Source of the DNA: Patescibacteria group bacterium
Lineage (GTDB): Bacteria > Patescibacteriota > Saccharimonadia > CAILAD01 > BJGX01
Assembly (NCBI GenBank): GCA_026397045.1
Contig: JAPLVO010000013.1
Coordinates: 1 to 36,835 of the forward strand
Length of the DNA: 36,835 nt
Direction: 5' to 3'
Shown: positions 18,363 through 26,824 of the stretch, piece after piece
Layout of the letters: every line of letters begins with the position of its first letter
Position numbering within the stretch: position 1 is the first letter of the stretch
The notes under the pieces: generated by a model
What the model was told of the DNA's origin: nothing
The model's input: only the letters and a program-made list of their open reading frames with translations
Database searches by the model: none
Position numbers and translations under genes: made by a program

Positions 18363-18737
18363 CTATCTCTTGATCTTTTTTGCTTTTCGTTGGGGGGTTT
18401 TTTTGCTGTTTTTTAATGATTTCTTATAGCGTCGTTTATACCATGCGGGGCCGAATTTTTCTGGTGGCAAATAGGCTCTTACTACACCAAAAAGTACGAA
18501 TACAGATGCTACATAATTAAGGCTGGAGAGATCAGCCCATAGACCAAAGGCCAATGTAAACATCCCAAGTGCCATGGGTATCCCTGCTATTCCCAGTACA
18601 TAGTCGATATTCCTTCCGAGTAGTGGGAAGAAATGATCATTAGGATCAGATTTATGCTTTCCCGATGTAACTTCATAGCCGAACCAAAATAAAAATGCCC
18701 CGAGCCCAAGTAGTACTAATGCGATTATTCCTGTCAT
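18363..18737 (-). CDS. Hypothetical membrane protein with basic C-terminal tail
   Basis: About 3 hydrophobic segments; TGCTATAAT 6 nt before ATG. Confidence 0.7.
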   Translation of the reverse strand: MTGIIALVLLGLGAFLFWFGYEVTSGKHKSDPNDHFFPLLGRNIDYVLGIAGIPMALGMFTLAFGLWADLSSLNYVASVFVLFGVVRAYLPPEKFGPAWYKRRYKKSLKNSKKTPQRKAKKIKR

Positions 18738-18779
18738 GCTTATATTATAGCAAATATTTAGATTATATATTCGAAATTA

Positions 18780-18809
18780 AAAATTATCCTACCGGAGTAG
18801 GATAATTTT
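18780..18809 (-). terminator. Intrinsic terminator (second one downstream of the tRNA)
   Basis: AAAATTATCCTAC-CGGA-GTAGGATAATTTT. Confidence 0.75.
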
Positions 18810-18875
18810 ATTGCCAAGGGCATATCGGCTGGCGAGCTCGTGCACCGAACCTTCGGTTCTCACGATTATTACCTA

Positions 18876-18911
18876 CATTATAAAACCCCCTGTGCAGGGG
18901 GTTTTATAATG
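18876..18911 (-). terminator. tRNA terminator hairpin
   Basis: CATTATAAAACCCCCTG-TG-CAGGGGGTTTTATAATG, abutting the CCA end. Confidence 0.8.
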
Positions 18912-18985
18912 GTGGAGCATATCGGGTTCGAACCGATGACCTCATCCATGCCATGGATGCGCGCTACCAACTGCGCCAATGCCCC
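18910..18985 (-). tRNA. tRNA-Ala(GGC)
   Basis: GGGGCAT acceptor stem with G3:U70, anticodon arm CATCC-ATGGCAT-GGATG, GGTTCGAACC T-arm, encoded CCA; 76 nt. Confidence 0.97.
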
Positions 18986-19082
18986 AACTAAGGATTTGAA
19001 TTTACTTGTTTCAAATTCAAGAAATATAACCCGTATAGCAGTGGTATTTTATACGAAAATCAGCTTTTCGGCAAGCCATCTA

Positions 19083-21857
19083 CTAGCTCTGGGTCTGATT
19101 AGATCGCCACCTGTATTTTGCTAGCTCCCTGAGCGTGAGGTATATAATAGCTGCCGATATAGGTGCCACCCAATCTATCGGCGCCAAAGGACTGTTACCG
19201 AGGTAATTGGCAAATAATGGTACATAAATTACTACTAATACACAAAGCAGTGAAAGGCCTATAGCGAACCAGAGTCGCCAATTGCTAAATATATACCTAG
19301 TAAATATAGTTTGGCCAGGTGCTGTCCGCCTAGAAAAGACAGTACCGTACTGACAAAGCACAATTGAAAGATAGGTCGCGGTCGTGGCTTTGCTGGCTAA
19401 ACCCAAATTGGCGGATGATACTGGCTGGCCGGCTATAGCGAAGGTTATTAAAAAACAGCCATATGCTAGCGCACCTATAACTATACCCCCCAAAATAAGA
19501 TCTACAATTGCTCTAATACCTAAAATATGCTGCTTGGCATCCCTAGGCTTTCCATCCATAACATTTCCTGTCGGAGGATCCCAGCCCAGAGCCGTTATGG
19601 GAAATAACTCGGCCATGAGATCGATGGCTAGGATTTGTAGTGCTGAGATTGCAATGGGTATATGAAAAAGCCAAGTAAAGAAAAGGCTAATCAGGACAAC
19701 TGCTAGCTCTCCACCATTAGAGGTTAGTGCTGATAATGCTGATTTCTGAATGTTCTGGTAAATAACTCTGCCCTGCTTAATGGCCTCGACCAGAGTATGG
19801 AAGCTATCATCTAGCAGTATTATTTCAGCGGAATCCTTGGCGACATCGCTTCCCACCCTGCCCATAGCCACGCCAATATCGGCCCTCTTTAGGGCTGGTG
19901 CGTCATTAATGCCATCTCCAGTGACTGCTAAGGTGTAATTGTATTTTTTTAGGATATTAACAATCCTAAGCTTATCAGAGGGGGATACCCTCGCAAAAAT
20001 TGCTCGGCCTGTCATCACTAGTTTGCTGACTTTTTTATCTGATAATCTAGCAAGTTGGTTGTGGGTAGTCAAAATATGTCTCTGCCCCTGTGCAAAACCA
20101 ATTTGCTGAGCGATAGCTGATGCAGTGTGCGCTTCATCGCCAGTGACAATAGTGACCACCATGTGAGCCCTATTGGCTGCCAACATGGCCTCAGCGACTT
20201 CTTCTCTGGGAGGATCTATCATCGAGGCAATACCTAAAAATACTAGGCCTGACTCAGATTGGTCTGCACTCTTAGGTATCTCCCCTTTAATTGGCCTGTA
20301 GGCCAAGGCAATATTTCGCATAGCCTGAGATGACATTTCATCAGTGTAGGCCTGTATCTTTTTGAGATGGTCTTTTTTAATAGGAATAACATGGCCCTCA
20401 TGAACGATATGAGAGCAGCTACTTACTATTGCTTCTGGAGAGCCCTTAGCAAAGACATACTTTTGCCCAAAGTGCCTAGCGACTACACTCATCATCTTCC
20501 GATCTGAGTCAAAAGGGAATTCCCTAATGTTTTGTGGCACTGTGCCTGGCTTGATAAATTTAGCTTTTTGGGCCAAGGTTACCAAGGCAGCCTCGGTGGG
20601 GTCTCCAATACTATACCAAGTAGGATGCTCGGAATCTGGCTCGTGTACGCTGGCATTGCTAGACATAAACCCACACTCTATGAGTGGCTTTAAGGCCATT
20701 AGCTCCGATTTATCGAGCTTAAAGCCCTCGGAATTAAGCACCCTACCATGGGGCATAAAGCCAGTTCCCTCAATTCTATAATTAGCCCCCAGTGAAAATA
20801 AATTAGTCACGGTCATTTCGTTCTTGGTTAGAGTCCCGGTTTTATCCGTGCATATTATTTGAGTCGAGCCGAGTGTTTCCACTGCAGTTAGCCTTCTGAC
20901 CAAGACTCTGGATTTGGCCAGCTTACCAGCTGCCTGTGCCAAAGCAACATTAACCTCGGCTGGTAGGCCCTGAGGTATCATGGCGGCAGCAATTCCGATA
21001 GCGAATAAAAAAGCTTCGCGCAGACCTAATTGGGCGCCAAGGCTGATCGGTATAAGAACAGCCATCAGGATTATCGTTCCTTGGGTTATCCGTAGAGCCA
21101 GATTTGATATCTCTTTTTGAAGTGGGGATCGATCAGGTTTGGCTTCCTGGCTAAGTTTTGCTATCGTGCCTAGCTCTGTCTTCATTCCAGTAGCTACGAC
21201 GACTCCCCGGCCGACTCCAGAGGCCACAGTTGTGCCCATATATACCATATTATTTCTATCTGCTAGCTCGACATCTTTACTTATTGGCTCTATAGAGCAA
21301 GCACTGGGGCTAGATTCACCTGTCAGAGCGTATTCGTTGGTAAGTAGACTATCAGCCAGCAAAAGCCTAAGGTCAGCCGGCACACTGTCACCAGCCTCCA
21401 TCATCACGATGTCGCCTGGTACTAGATCCTGGGCATCTATTTGCATTGGTACCCCACTTCTTATCACCTTAGCGGTAGGCTGCAATAAGCGCCCTAGGCT
21501 CTGCATAACTCTATCGGCCCGATACTCCTGTGTAAAGCCTATCAAAACATTAATAGCAATGATGGCAATAAGTACTGTGGTGGTCCGACTATCTTTTAAA
21601 TACCAACTAAGTCCGGCAGTGAGCATTAGCAGTACCACCAGTAGATCCTGGAACTGCCTTATAAATATCGATATAGTTTCAAAGTGCTTTATGCGTCTAA
21701 CTTTATTCTTACCTACATCTTTAAGCCGCTTACTAGCATCTAAATGATCCAAACCCTGTTTAGAGCTATGAAGCTCATCCAGACAGGCCTTAGCGCTTCT
21801 AGAGTGCCAGTGCGGTGGAGATATGCTAGCCTGTTTCTTAGGCCAAAATAACATCAT
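19083..21857 (-). CDS. Type II cation-transporting P-type ATPase
   Basis: LTGES, DKTGTLT, KGSPE, MIDPPR, TGD, TGDGINDAPALK. Confidence 0.95.
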   Translation of the reverse strand: MMLFWPKKQASISPPHWHSRSAKACLDELHSSKQGLDHLDASKRLKDVGKNKVRRIKHFETISIFIRQFQDLLVVLLMLTAGLSWYLKDSRTTTVLIAIIAINVLIGFTQEYRADRVMQSLGRLLQPTAKVIRSGVPMQIDAQDLVPGDIVMMEAGDSVPADLRLLLADSLLTNEYALTGESSPSACSIEPISKDVELADRNNMVYMGTTVASGVGRGVVVATGMKTELGTIAKLSQEAKPDRSPLQKEISNLALRITQGTIILMAVLIPISLGAQLGLREAFLFAIGIAAAMIPQGLPAEVNVALAQAAGKLAKSRVLVRRLTAVETLGSTQIICTDKTGTLTKNEMTVTNLFSLGANYRIEGTGFMPHGRVLNSEGFKLDKSELMALKPLIECGFMSSNASVHEPDSEHPTWYSIGDPTEAALVTLAQKAKFIKPGTVPQNIREFPFDSDRKMMSVVARHFGQKYVFAKGSPEAIVSSCSHIVHEGHVIPIKKDHLKKIQAYTDEMSSQAMRNIALAYRPIKGEIPKSADQSESGLVFLGIASMIDPPREEVAEAMLAANRAHMVVTIVTGDEAHTASAIAQQIGFAQGQRHILTTHNQLARLSDKKVSKLVMTGRAIFARVSPSDKLRIVNILKKYNYTLAVTGDGINDAPALKRADIGVAMGRVGSDVAKDSAEIILLDDSFHTLVEAIKQGRVIYQNIQKSALSALTSNGGELAVVLISLFFTWLFHIPIAISALQILAIDLMAELFPITALGWDPPTGNVMDGKPRDAKQHILGIRAIVDLILGGIVIGALAYGCFLITFAIAGQPVSSANLGLASKATTATYLSIVLCQYGTVFSRRTAPGQTIFTRYIFSNWRLWFAIGLSLLCVLVVIYVPLFANYLGNSPLAPIDWVAPISAAIIYLTLRELAKYRWRSNQTQS

Positions 21858-21859
21858 AC

Positions 21860-22060
21860 CTAAAAGGCTTTAAATATAATACTAACCAATGTAGATATTA
21901 GTACGATTGCCAGTGTTCCGAGCATAAAGCCCACAAAAAAACCAAAACCAAGCCTAAAACCATCTTTAAATGTATAGTGTACACTTTTCTGGATATCCGA
22001 ATCTTCAAGCTCTTTACGGAAGAATTGATCGGCTTTTTTTACTCTTTTGTCGTCTTGCAT
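21860..22060 (-). CDS. Small single-pass membrane protein upstream of the P-type ATPase
   Basis: 66 aa with Gly/Phe-rich TM segment; TATACT 6 nt before ATG; 2 nt from the ATPase start. Confidence 0.7.
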   Translation of the reverse strand: MQDDKRVKKADQFFRKELEDSDIQKSVHYTFKDGFRLGFGFFVGFMLGTLAIVLISTLVSIIFKAF

Positions 22061-22074
22061 GATTATAGTATAGC

Positions 22075-22620
22075 TTACTTTTGGGCCATGACCACTACAT
22101 GTTTTGGGCTTCGTTTAACTATTCTGTAATTCCCAAATTCAATTTTTAATTGGCGAGCCACCCAGGGCTTAATACGAGCTTCTACGACAAGCAATATAGT
22201 ACCCCCTTCGGCAAGATGCGGCTTGCTCTCGGATATCATACTATCCACCACCTCGCGGCCTCGATGCGTCGGAGGGTTTGATACTATAAGGTCAAAAATA
22301 TGGCTACTGGGTATATCATCGTAGCCGTGGCTCGCTATAATATGTGTGTTAAATAGCCTATTTGTTTTGGCATTACTAGTGGCCATCTTGACGGCGGCGA
22401 TATCGCTATCTAGGCCGATGACATTAGCCTTCGGGTTGTTCTTGCCGAGCCATAAGCTCATGCCACCCCATCCACAGCCCCAATCTAAGGCAGTGGCATA
22501 CTCAAATTTAGGGATACAACTTATCAATAATTCGGTACCCATATCAATGCCTTTTGGCGAAAAAAGGTCGGGTGCAGTTTCAAAGTCTATTTTTATTCCT
22601 GCCACTTTAAAACTTTTCAT
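22075..22620 (-). CDS. RsmC-like small methyltransferase (MTS family)
   Basis: LFSPKGIDMGTELL, LDWGCGWG, IVSNPP. Confidence 0.88.
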   Translation of the reverse strand: MKSFKVAGIKIDFETAPDLFSPKGIDMGTELLISCIPKFEYATALDWGCGWGGMSLWLGKNNPKANVIGLDSDIAAVKMATSNAKTNRLFNTHIIASHGYDDIPSSHIFDLIVSNPPTHRGREVVDSMISESKPHLAEGGTILLVVEARIKPWVARQLKIEFGNYRIVKRSPKHVVVMAQK

Positions 22621-23885
22621 TAAATCTCGATTTCTTTTCCAGCAATTATAATTTTAGTGACACCCGCTACGGCACCAAGCTTAATGAGTTGCCTGGTAAT
22701 CCCTTTGCGGCCCAGGATGTGCTGGAGTCTTTGGATTGATTGATACTGGTCCGTATTCGTTCGTTTGGCGAAGCCTTCTATATCCTTCCCGGTAACCACA
22801 AAACTTTTGCCCTTTTTAGTGATATCCCACATTGCAGAGTCGTCCAGGCGGATGACTGGTATCTCGTTAACGACCATCTCCTCCTTATTACTTACTTTAA
22901 TATCTTCCAATAGTATTTTAGTTGCTCTCAGCAGTGCAGTTAGGCCTGTGCTAGCTACAGAGGAAATACTGTATAGGCTATTTTTGGGTGTTTTTGAAAC
23001 CCTAGATAACTCTGATAGCTTTTTGCCAATATCCTGCTTAGGAACGCTCTCTACCTTCGTGAGCACGACCATTTGAGGCCTTGAGGATAAATCTATTTTA
23101 TATTCCTTAAGCTCTTTTTGGATAGTTTTATAATCGTCGCCTATTGTATCAGATGTAGCATCGATGAGGTGCAGTAGCACCTTGGTTCTCTCAACATGCC
23201 TCAGAAAATCATCACCCAGACCCTTCCCCTTACTAGCTCCGTCTATCAAGCCAGGGATATCGGCCACCAAAAATCCACTACTATCTATATCAACAACCCC
23301 TAGATTGGGCTCTAAGGTAGTAAATGGATAATTGGCTATCTTGGGCTTAGCATTTGATATCACTGACAATAGTGTTGATTTGCCAGCATTTGGCAGCCCT
23401 ATCAGCCCGACATCAGCTACCAGTTTGAGCTCGAATGTAAGTTGTTTCTTCTCGCCAAATTCTCCTAGCTCGGAGACCCTTGGGGACCGTCTCACCGAGC
23501 TAATGAAATGGGCATTACCAAAACCCCCTCTTCCTCCATGGGCAATAATTGCCTCGTCGCCAACTTTTTCGAGGTCGGCTAAAATAACTTCATTTTCTAT
23601 TACCAGCGTACCCGGGGGGACAACTAGCTCGATGTTATCGCCAGCTTTGCCTCTCTTTTTGTTATTACCCCCATTAACCCCTTCTGCAGCTTGCCAGGTC
23701 TTACTGGAACGGTACCTGGAAAGCGTGCTGGTATTATGATCGGCGCGCACCACAATACTCCCGCCATCGCCGCCATCGCCGCCATCTGGGCCGCCTTTGG
23801 CGTTTGCGCGCGAGCTATTAAAGCTAACGATTCCATCGCCGCCCTTTCCAGCTTCCATTTTTACCTTCGCTACATCTGCAAACAT
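22620..23885 (-). CDS. obgE: GTPase Obg/CgtA with C-terminal OCT domain
   Basis: MFAD start, Gly-rich Obg fold, GLPNAGKST, YPFTTLEPNLG, DIPG. Confidence 0.97.
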   Translation of the reverse strand: MFADVAKVKMEAGKGGDGIVSFNSSRANAKGGPDGGDGGDGGSIVVRADHNTSTLSRYRSSKTWQAAEGVNGGNNKKRGKAGDNIELVVPPGTLVIENEVILADLEKVGDEAIIAHGGRGGFGNAHFISSVRRSPRVSELGEFGEKKQLTFELKLVADVGLIGLPNAGKSTLLSVISNAKPKIANYPFTTLEPNLGVVDIDSSGFLVADIPGLIDGASKGKGLGDDFLRHVERTKVLLHLIDATSDTIGDDYKTIQKELKEYKIDLSSRPQMVVLTKVESVPKQDIGKKLSELSRVSKTPKNSLYSISSVASTGLTALLRATKILLEDIKVSNKEEMVVNEIPVIRLDDSAMWDITKKGKSFVVTGKDIEGFAKRTNTDQYQSIQRLQHILGRKGITRQLIKLGAVAGVTKIIIAGKEIEI

Positions 23886-23957
23886 TATCGCAATATACCA
23901 TATTTTAGGTATATTTTCAAGCAAATAGCCAGTGCGACTTAAATTCTCTAACGCTTT

Positions 23958-25121
23958 TTAGTAGATGTATATGAAATTACTAGCCGGTGCGCTACCAGAG
24001 TTTACTCTACCCCAGCCAGCTGGGCCGTTCATTTCTGTGTAATACACAGTGCTGCCTTCAACTCTCTCAATATACACAACATGATTAGCCAGATATTTAG
24101 CTACTCCGGCAGAACCAGCTACTGGGCTATTACCCACTGTCATACCGGCTCGTGGAGCATTGTAGGGCCACTGGTTAGCATTACCGAGCGAGCTTGCTAC
24201 ATACCTGCGGTTAGCTACATACCAGGTGCAGTAGCCATATGAGTAGTTATTACCAGCAGAGGCGGTCATGCTATATGCCGAAGCTGCTCCTGACTTGACG
24301 CCAGTAGATAGGCTACCTACCCGAACAGTTGGGGCAACAACAGCAGGCTTGATGCCGTCGGGGATAATGAGCTTAGCCCCTGCACCAATAGCCTTGCCCT
24401 CGAGGGCGTTAAAGCTATCTATCAACGAGGCACTACTTTGGTACTTAGTCGCTAGTAGCGAGATATCATCACCTTCCTGAGCAGTATACATTATACCGTT
24501 CACAGGCAAGATGGTAAGCTCAGAATCCTGTTTAATATTATCGCCGTCCTGGATATCATTGGCCCACTTTATCGTGTCCGATGTAATGTTGAATTTAGAT
24601 GCTAAAGTATCTAGGTTATCGCCAGGCTTAACCTTATAAGTTATAACATCACGGCTTACCGCACCTGAGGCTATAACTGAGGATTTATTGGACAAAAAAT
24701 CATCGCCTGATGTAGCTAATGAACTAATATTAGTTAGCTCTCGAGCCTGTTGAGCGATATCTTGAGCTATAAGACTTTGTGTTCCTGAGGCTAACACAGC
24801 CCCAGTGGCGATCATAGAAGTCTGGTTCTTGGACGAACCAATACCCTTGGTGCTAATGGCCAGGCTAGAATTAATCCTGCCGGCAGTAGCTACGCCGATT
24901 ATTACTATTAAAGCTGCTGCATGAAATGCATAGCGGCCATATTTAGTCTTCTGATTTAATATTGCAGTGCCCGCACCAGCATTACTGGCTTGGCTGGAAT
25001 ATTCTTTTTTAGATGAGGCCGAAACCTCTTCAATGTTTGTTTGAGAAAAAGTGTCTTGCCCAACGCCCACGAAATTTTCGGGACGAACTTGTAAGGGGAA
25101 TCCTACTACTTTTCTACTAAT
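23958..25121 (-). CDS. LysM (x2) + CHAP-domain peptidoglycan hydrolase
   Basis: YKVKPGDNL LysM, YGYCTWYV (catalytic Cys), GNANQW, HVVYIE, EMN; TM segment; SD-supported ATT at 25121 is in frame with GTG 25070. Confidence 0.88.
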   Translation of the reverse strand: MSRKVVGFPLQVRPENFVGVGQDTFSQTNIEEVSASSKKEYSSQASNAGAGTAILNQKTKYGRYAFHAAALIVIIGVATAGRINSSLAISTKGIGSSKNQTSMIATGAVLASGTQSLIAQDIAQQARELTNISSLATSGDDFLSNKSSVIASGAVSRDVITYKVKPGDNLDTLASKFNITSDTIKWANDIQDGDNIKQDSELTILPVNGIMYTAQEGDDISLLATKYQSSASLIDSFNALEGKAIGAGAKLIIPDGIKPAVVAPTVRVGSLSTGVKSGAASAYSMTASAGNNYSYGYCTWYVANRRYVASSLGNANQWPYNAPRAGMTVGNSPVAGSAGVAKYLANHVVYIERVEGSTVYYTEMNGPAGWGRVNSGSAPASNFIYIY

Positions 25122-25177
25122 AAACTTCTCCTTTGTACCTGTTATTCATTACTATCGTATATGGTACTTAAAATAGA

Positions 25178-25255
25178 CTGCAACTTGTCTGTCCTCAATT
25201 AATGAGCCGGGGGTTTCGACCGAAATTATCCCCTAAATCTGACAAGTCGATGCAG
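25178..25255 (-). ncRNA. Structured cis-regulatory RNA candidate (possibly lysM-TM7-like motif)
   Basis: Closing stem CTGCA..ACTTGTC / GACAAGT.TGCAG enclosing GGGG..TTTCG-GT-CGAAA-CCCC and CTCA/TGAG hairpins. Confidence 0.55.
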
Positions 25256-25336
25256 GTAAATTTAAATGATAAACTCACAAACCCTGCTTACGCAGGAATT
25301 AGACACAGTGCTTATCCTTTGAATTTACGTGGGTAT

Positions 25337-25365
25337 AGTCTACCAATAGCACGAGGGACTGTCAA
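25337..25365 (-). promoter_or_regulatory. Sigma70-type promoter of the LysM-CHAP gene
   Basis: TTGACA-N17-TAGACT with TG extension. Confidence 0.8.
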
Positions 25366-25372
25366 GTAGCAC

Positions 25373-25396
25373 TTTATGCCTACACAAAGGCATAAA
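25373..25396 (-). terminator. Hairpin after mltG
   Basis: TTTATGCCT-ACACAA-AGGCATAAA; weak U-tract. Confidence 0.55.
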
Positions 25397-25400
25397 ATAC

Positions 25401-26522
25401 CTAGTTAAGGTATCTTTCGATGTTTTGCTGGTGTTCCTGGTAGGTTTTAGCGAATACTCCCTTGCCATTTTTATCTGCCAAAAAGAACAAATACTCGGAT
25501 ACAGCAGGGTTTGCAGTTGCCATAATTGCTTCAAGACCAGGGTTACAGATTGGCCCTAATGGTAGACCGCTGACCCGATAAGTATTATAAGGGGAGTCTA
25601 TTTTGAGGTCGGCTGGTAGAGTTTGTGTTTTACCTGTGGCATAATTTACCGTTACATCACTCTCTAGTTTCATACCAATCTTAAGACGATTATAAAAAAC
25701 GCTGGCAACGAGCTTCCGATCCTCGAGAGTATTTGCCTCTTTCTCGACAATTGAAGCCAGCGTGATTAAATCATTTAATTTAGTAGAGTTGGCAATATCT
25801 GGACTGAGCTTGGGGATAACTTGAGCAGCAAAGCTATCGAGCATCGATGAAATCTGCTCTTGTGGAGTCGATGATAGGAGGATATCGTATGTTGCTGGGA
25901 AGAGATAACCCTCCAGGCTGTCTTTATTGGATCGATATGCGAGGAATGCCTGTGTATAAGAATTAGGCGGCTTAGAGGCCTTAATAAAGGCTTGGGCGTC
26001 TCCGAGACCCGATTTAGCCCATTTTCGGGCCATTTCCTCAATAGTTAAACCTTCCTGAAAGGTAACCTTTTCGGTCGAGATAGCCCCTGACCCTAATAAG
26101 TCCGCGATCCTCGCGAGGCTCATGGATGGGCTTAGTAAATAACTCCCTGGCCTAAGATTGCCCCTTGAAGGGCCAAATTTAGCATAAATAGCGAATAGGC
26201 TTTTATTAGTAATAAGCCCCTCGCTAGCTAGCCTAGCGGCTATACTATCGATGCTACTCCCTTGCTCTACCTTAAAAACTACATTTGCATCATCACGGCT
26301 ATTTTTTGGGCTACTAATACCTATTACAAGCCATGCCACCAGGATCATGGACAGCATTATAGCCACACCGACGATTATGAGTATCGGTTTTTTAAGTTTG
26401 TTTTTCTTGGAGGAAGGACTCGAGGATAATACAGGCGGCGTATTGGTCGATGATATCTCTAGTTCGGCTGGAGATTCTACTGGGGATCCTTTGCTTGGCT
26501 TGTTCGGTTGTGAGTGCTTCAT
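25401..26522 (-). CDS. mltG: Endolytic transglycosylase MltG (start uncertain)
   Basis: LEGYLFPATY, LASIVEKE, VFYNRL, LESD, SPYNTY, GLPLGPICNPG. Confidence 0.93.
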   Translation of the reverse strand: MKHSQPNKPSKGSPVESPAELEISSTNTPPVLSSSPSSKKNKLKKPILIIVGVAIMLSMILVAWLVIGISSPKNSRDDANVVFKVEQGSSIDSIAARLASEGLITNKSLFAIYAKFGPSRGNLRPGSYLLSPSMSLARIADLLGSGAISTEKVTFQEGLTIEEMARKWAKSGLGDAQAFIKASKPPNSYTQAFLAYRSNKDSLEGYLFPATYDILLSSTPQEQISSMLDSFAAQVIPKLSPDIANSTKLNDLITLASIVEKEANTLEDRKLVASVFYNRLKIGMKLESDVTVNYATGKTQTLPADLKIDSPYNTYRVSGLPLGPICNPGLEAIMATANPAVSEYLFFLADKNGKGVFAKTYQEHQQNIERYLN

Positions 26523-26823
26523 CTTGTAATTGGATATCTATATTGTAGCTGCTAGAAAGCTTGCTAGCAAACAGTTCGGCTTTATTTGTCTGCTTAGTGT
26601 TCTCGCCTTCTAGATTACGAGGCCTGCCAACCACGACTTGGGATGGACTATACTGGCTTAACAGGTCTTTAATAATGCCCCACATTTGAGGGTTATTTGG
26701 TATTGTAATTAAAGCTTCGGCTGAAGCCTGTTCCGCAGGCTTCAGAGCGACACCAACTCGCACATCCCCATAGTCAAAGGCCATCACCACTGCTTCGTAG
26801 TCGGGCTGGGTGATATCAAGCAT
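26392..26823 (-). CDS. ruvX: YqgF/RuvX family nuclease
   Basis: MAFDYGDVRVGVA, VVVGRP, QDEALTT, IDQYAACIILESFL. Confidence 0.9.
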   Translation of the reverse strand: MLDITQPDYEAVVMAFDYGDVRVGVALKPAEQASAEALITIPNNPQMWGIIKDLLSQYSPSQVVVGRPRNLEGENTKQTNKAELFASKLSSSYNIDIQLQDEALTTEQAKQRIPSRISSRTRDIIDQYAACIILESFLQEKQT

Positions 26824-26824
26824 A

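Noticed and set aside
18840..19124. 94-aa plus-strand ORF
   Set aside because: Antisense to tRNA-Ala and its terminator.
21139..21747. 202-aa plus-strand ORF and the other short antisense or nested ORFs in the track
   Set aside because: Shadow frames of well-supported genes, with no motifs or start signals.
23755..23795. CGCCGCCAT tandem repeat
   Set aside because: Encodes the normal GGDGGDGG motif of Obg.
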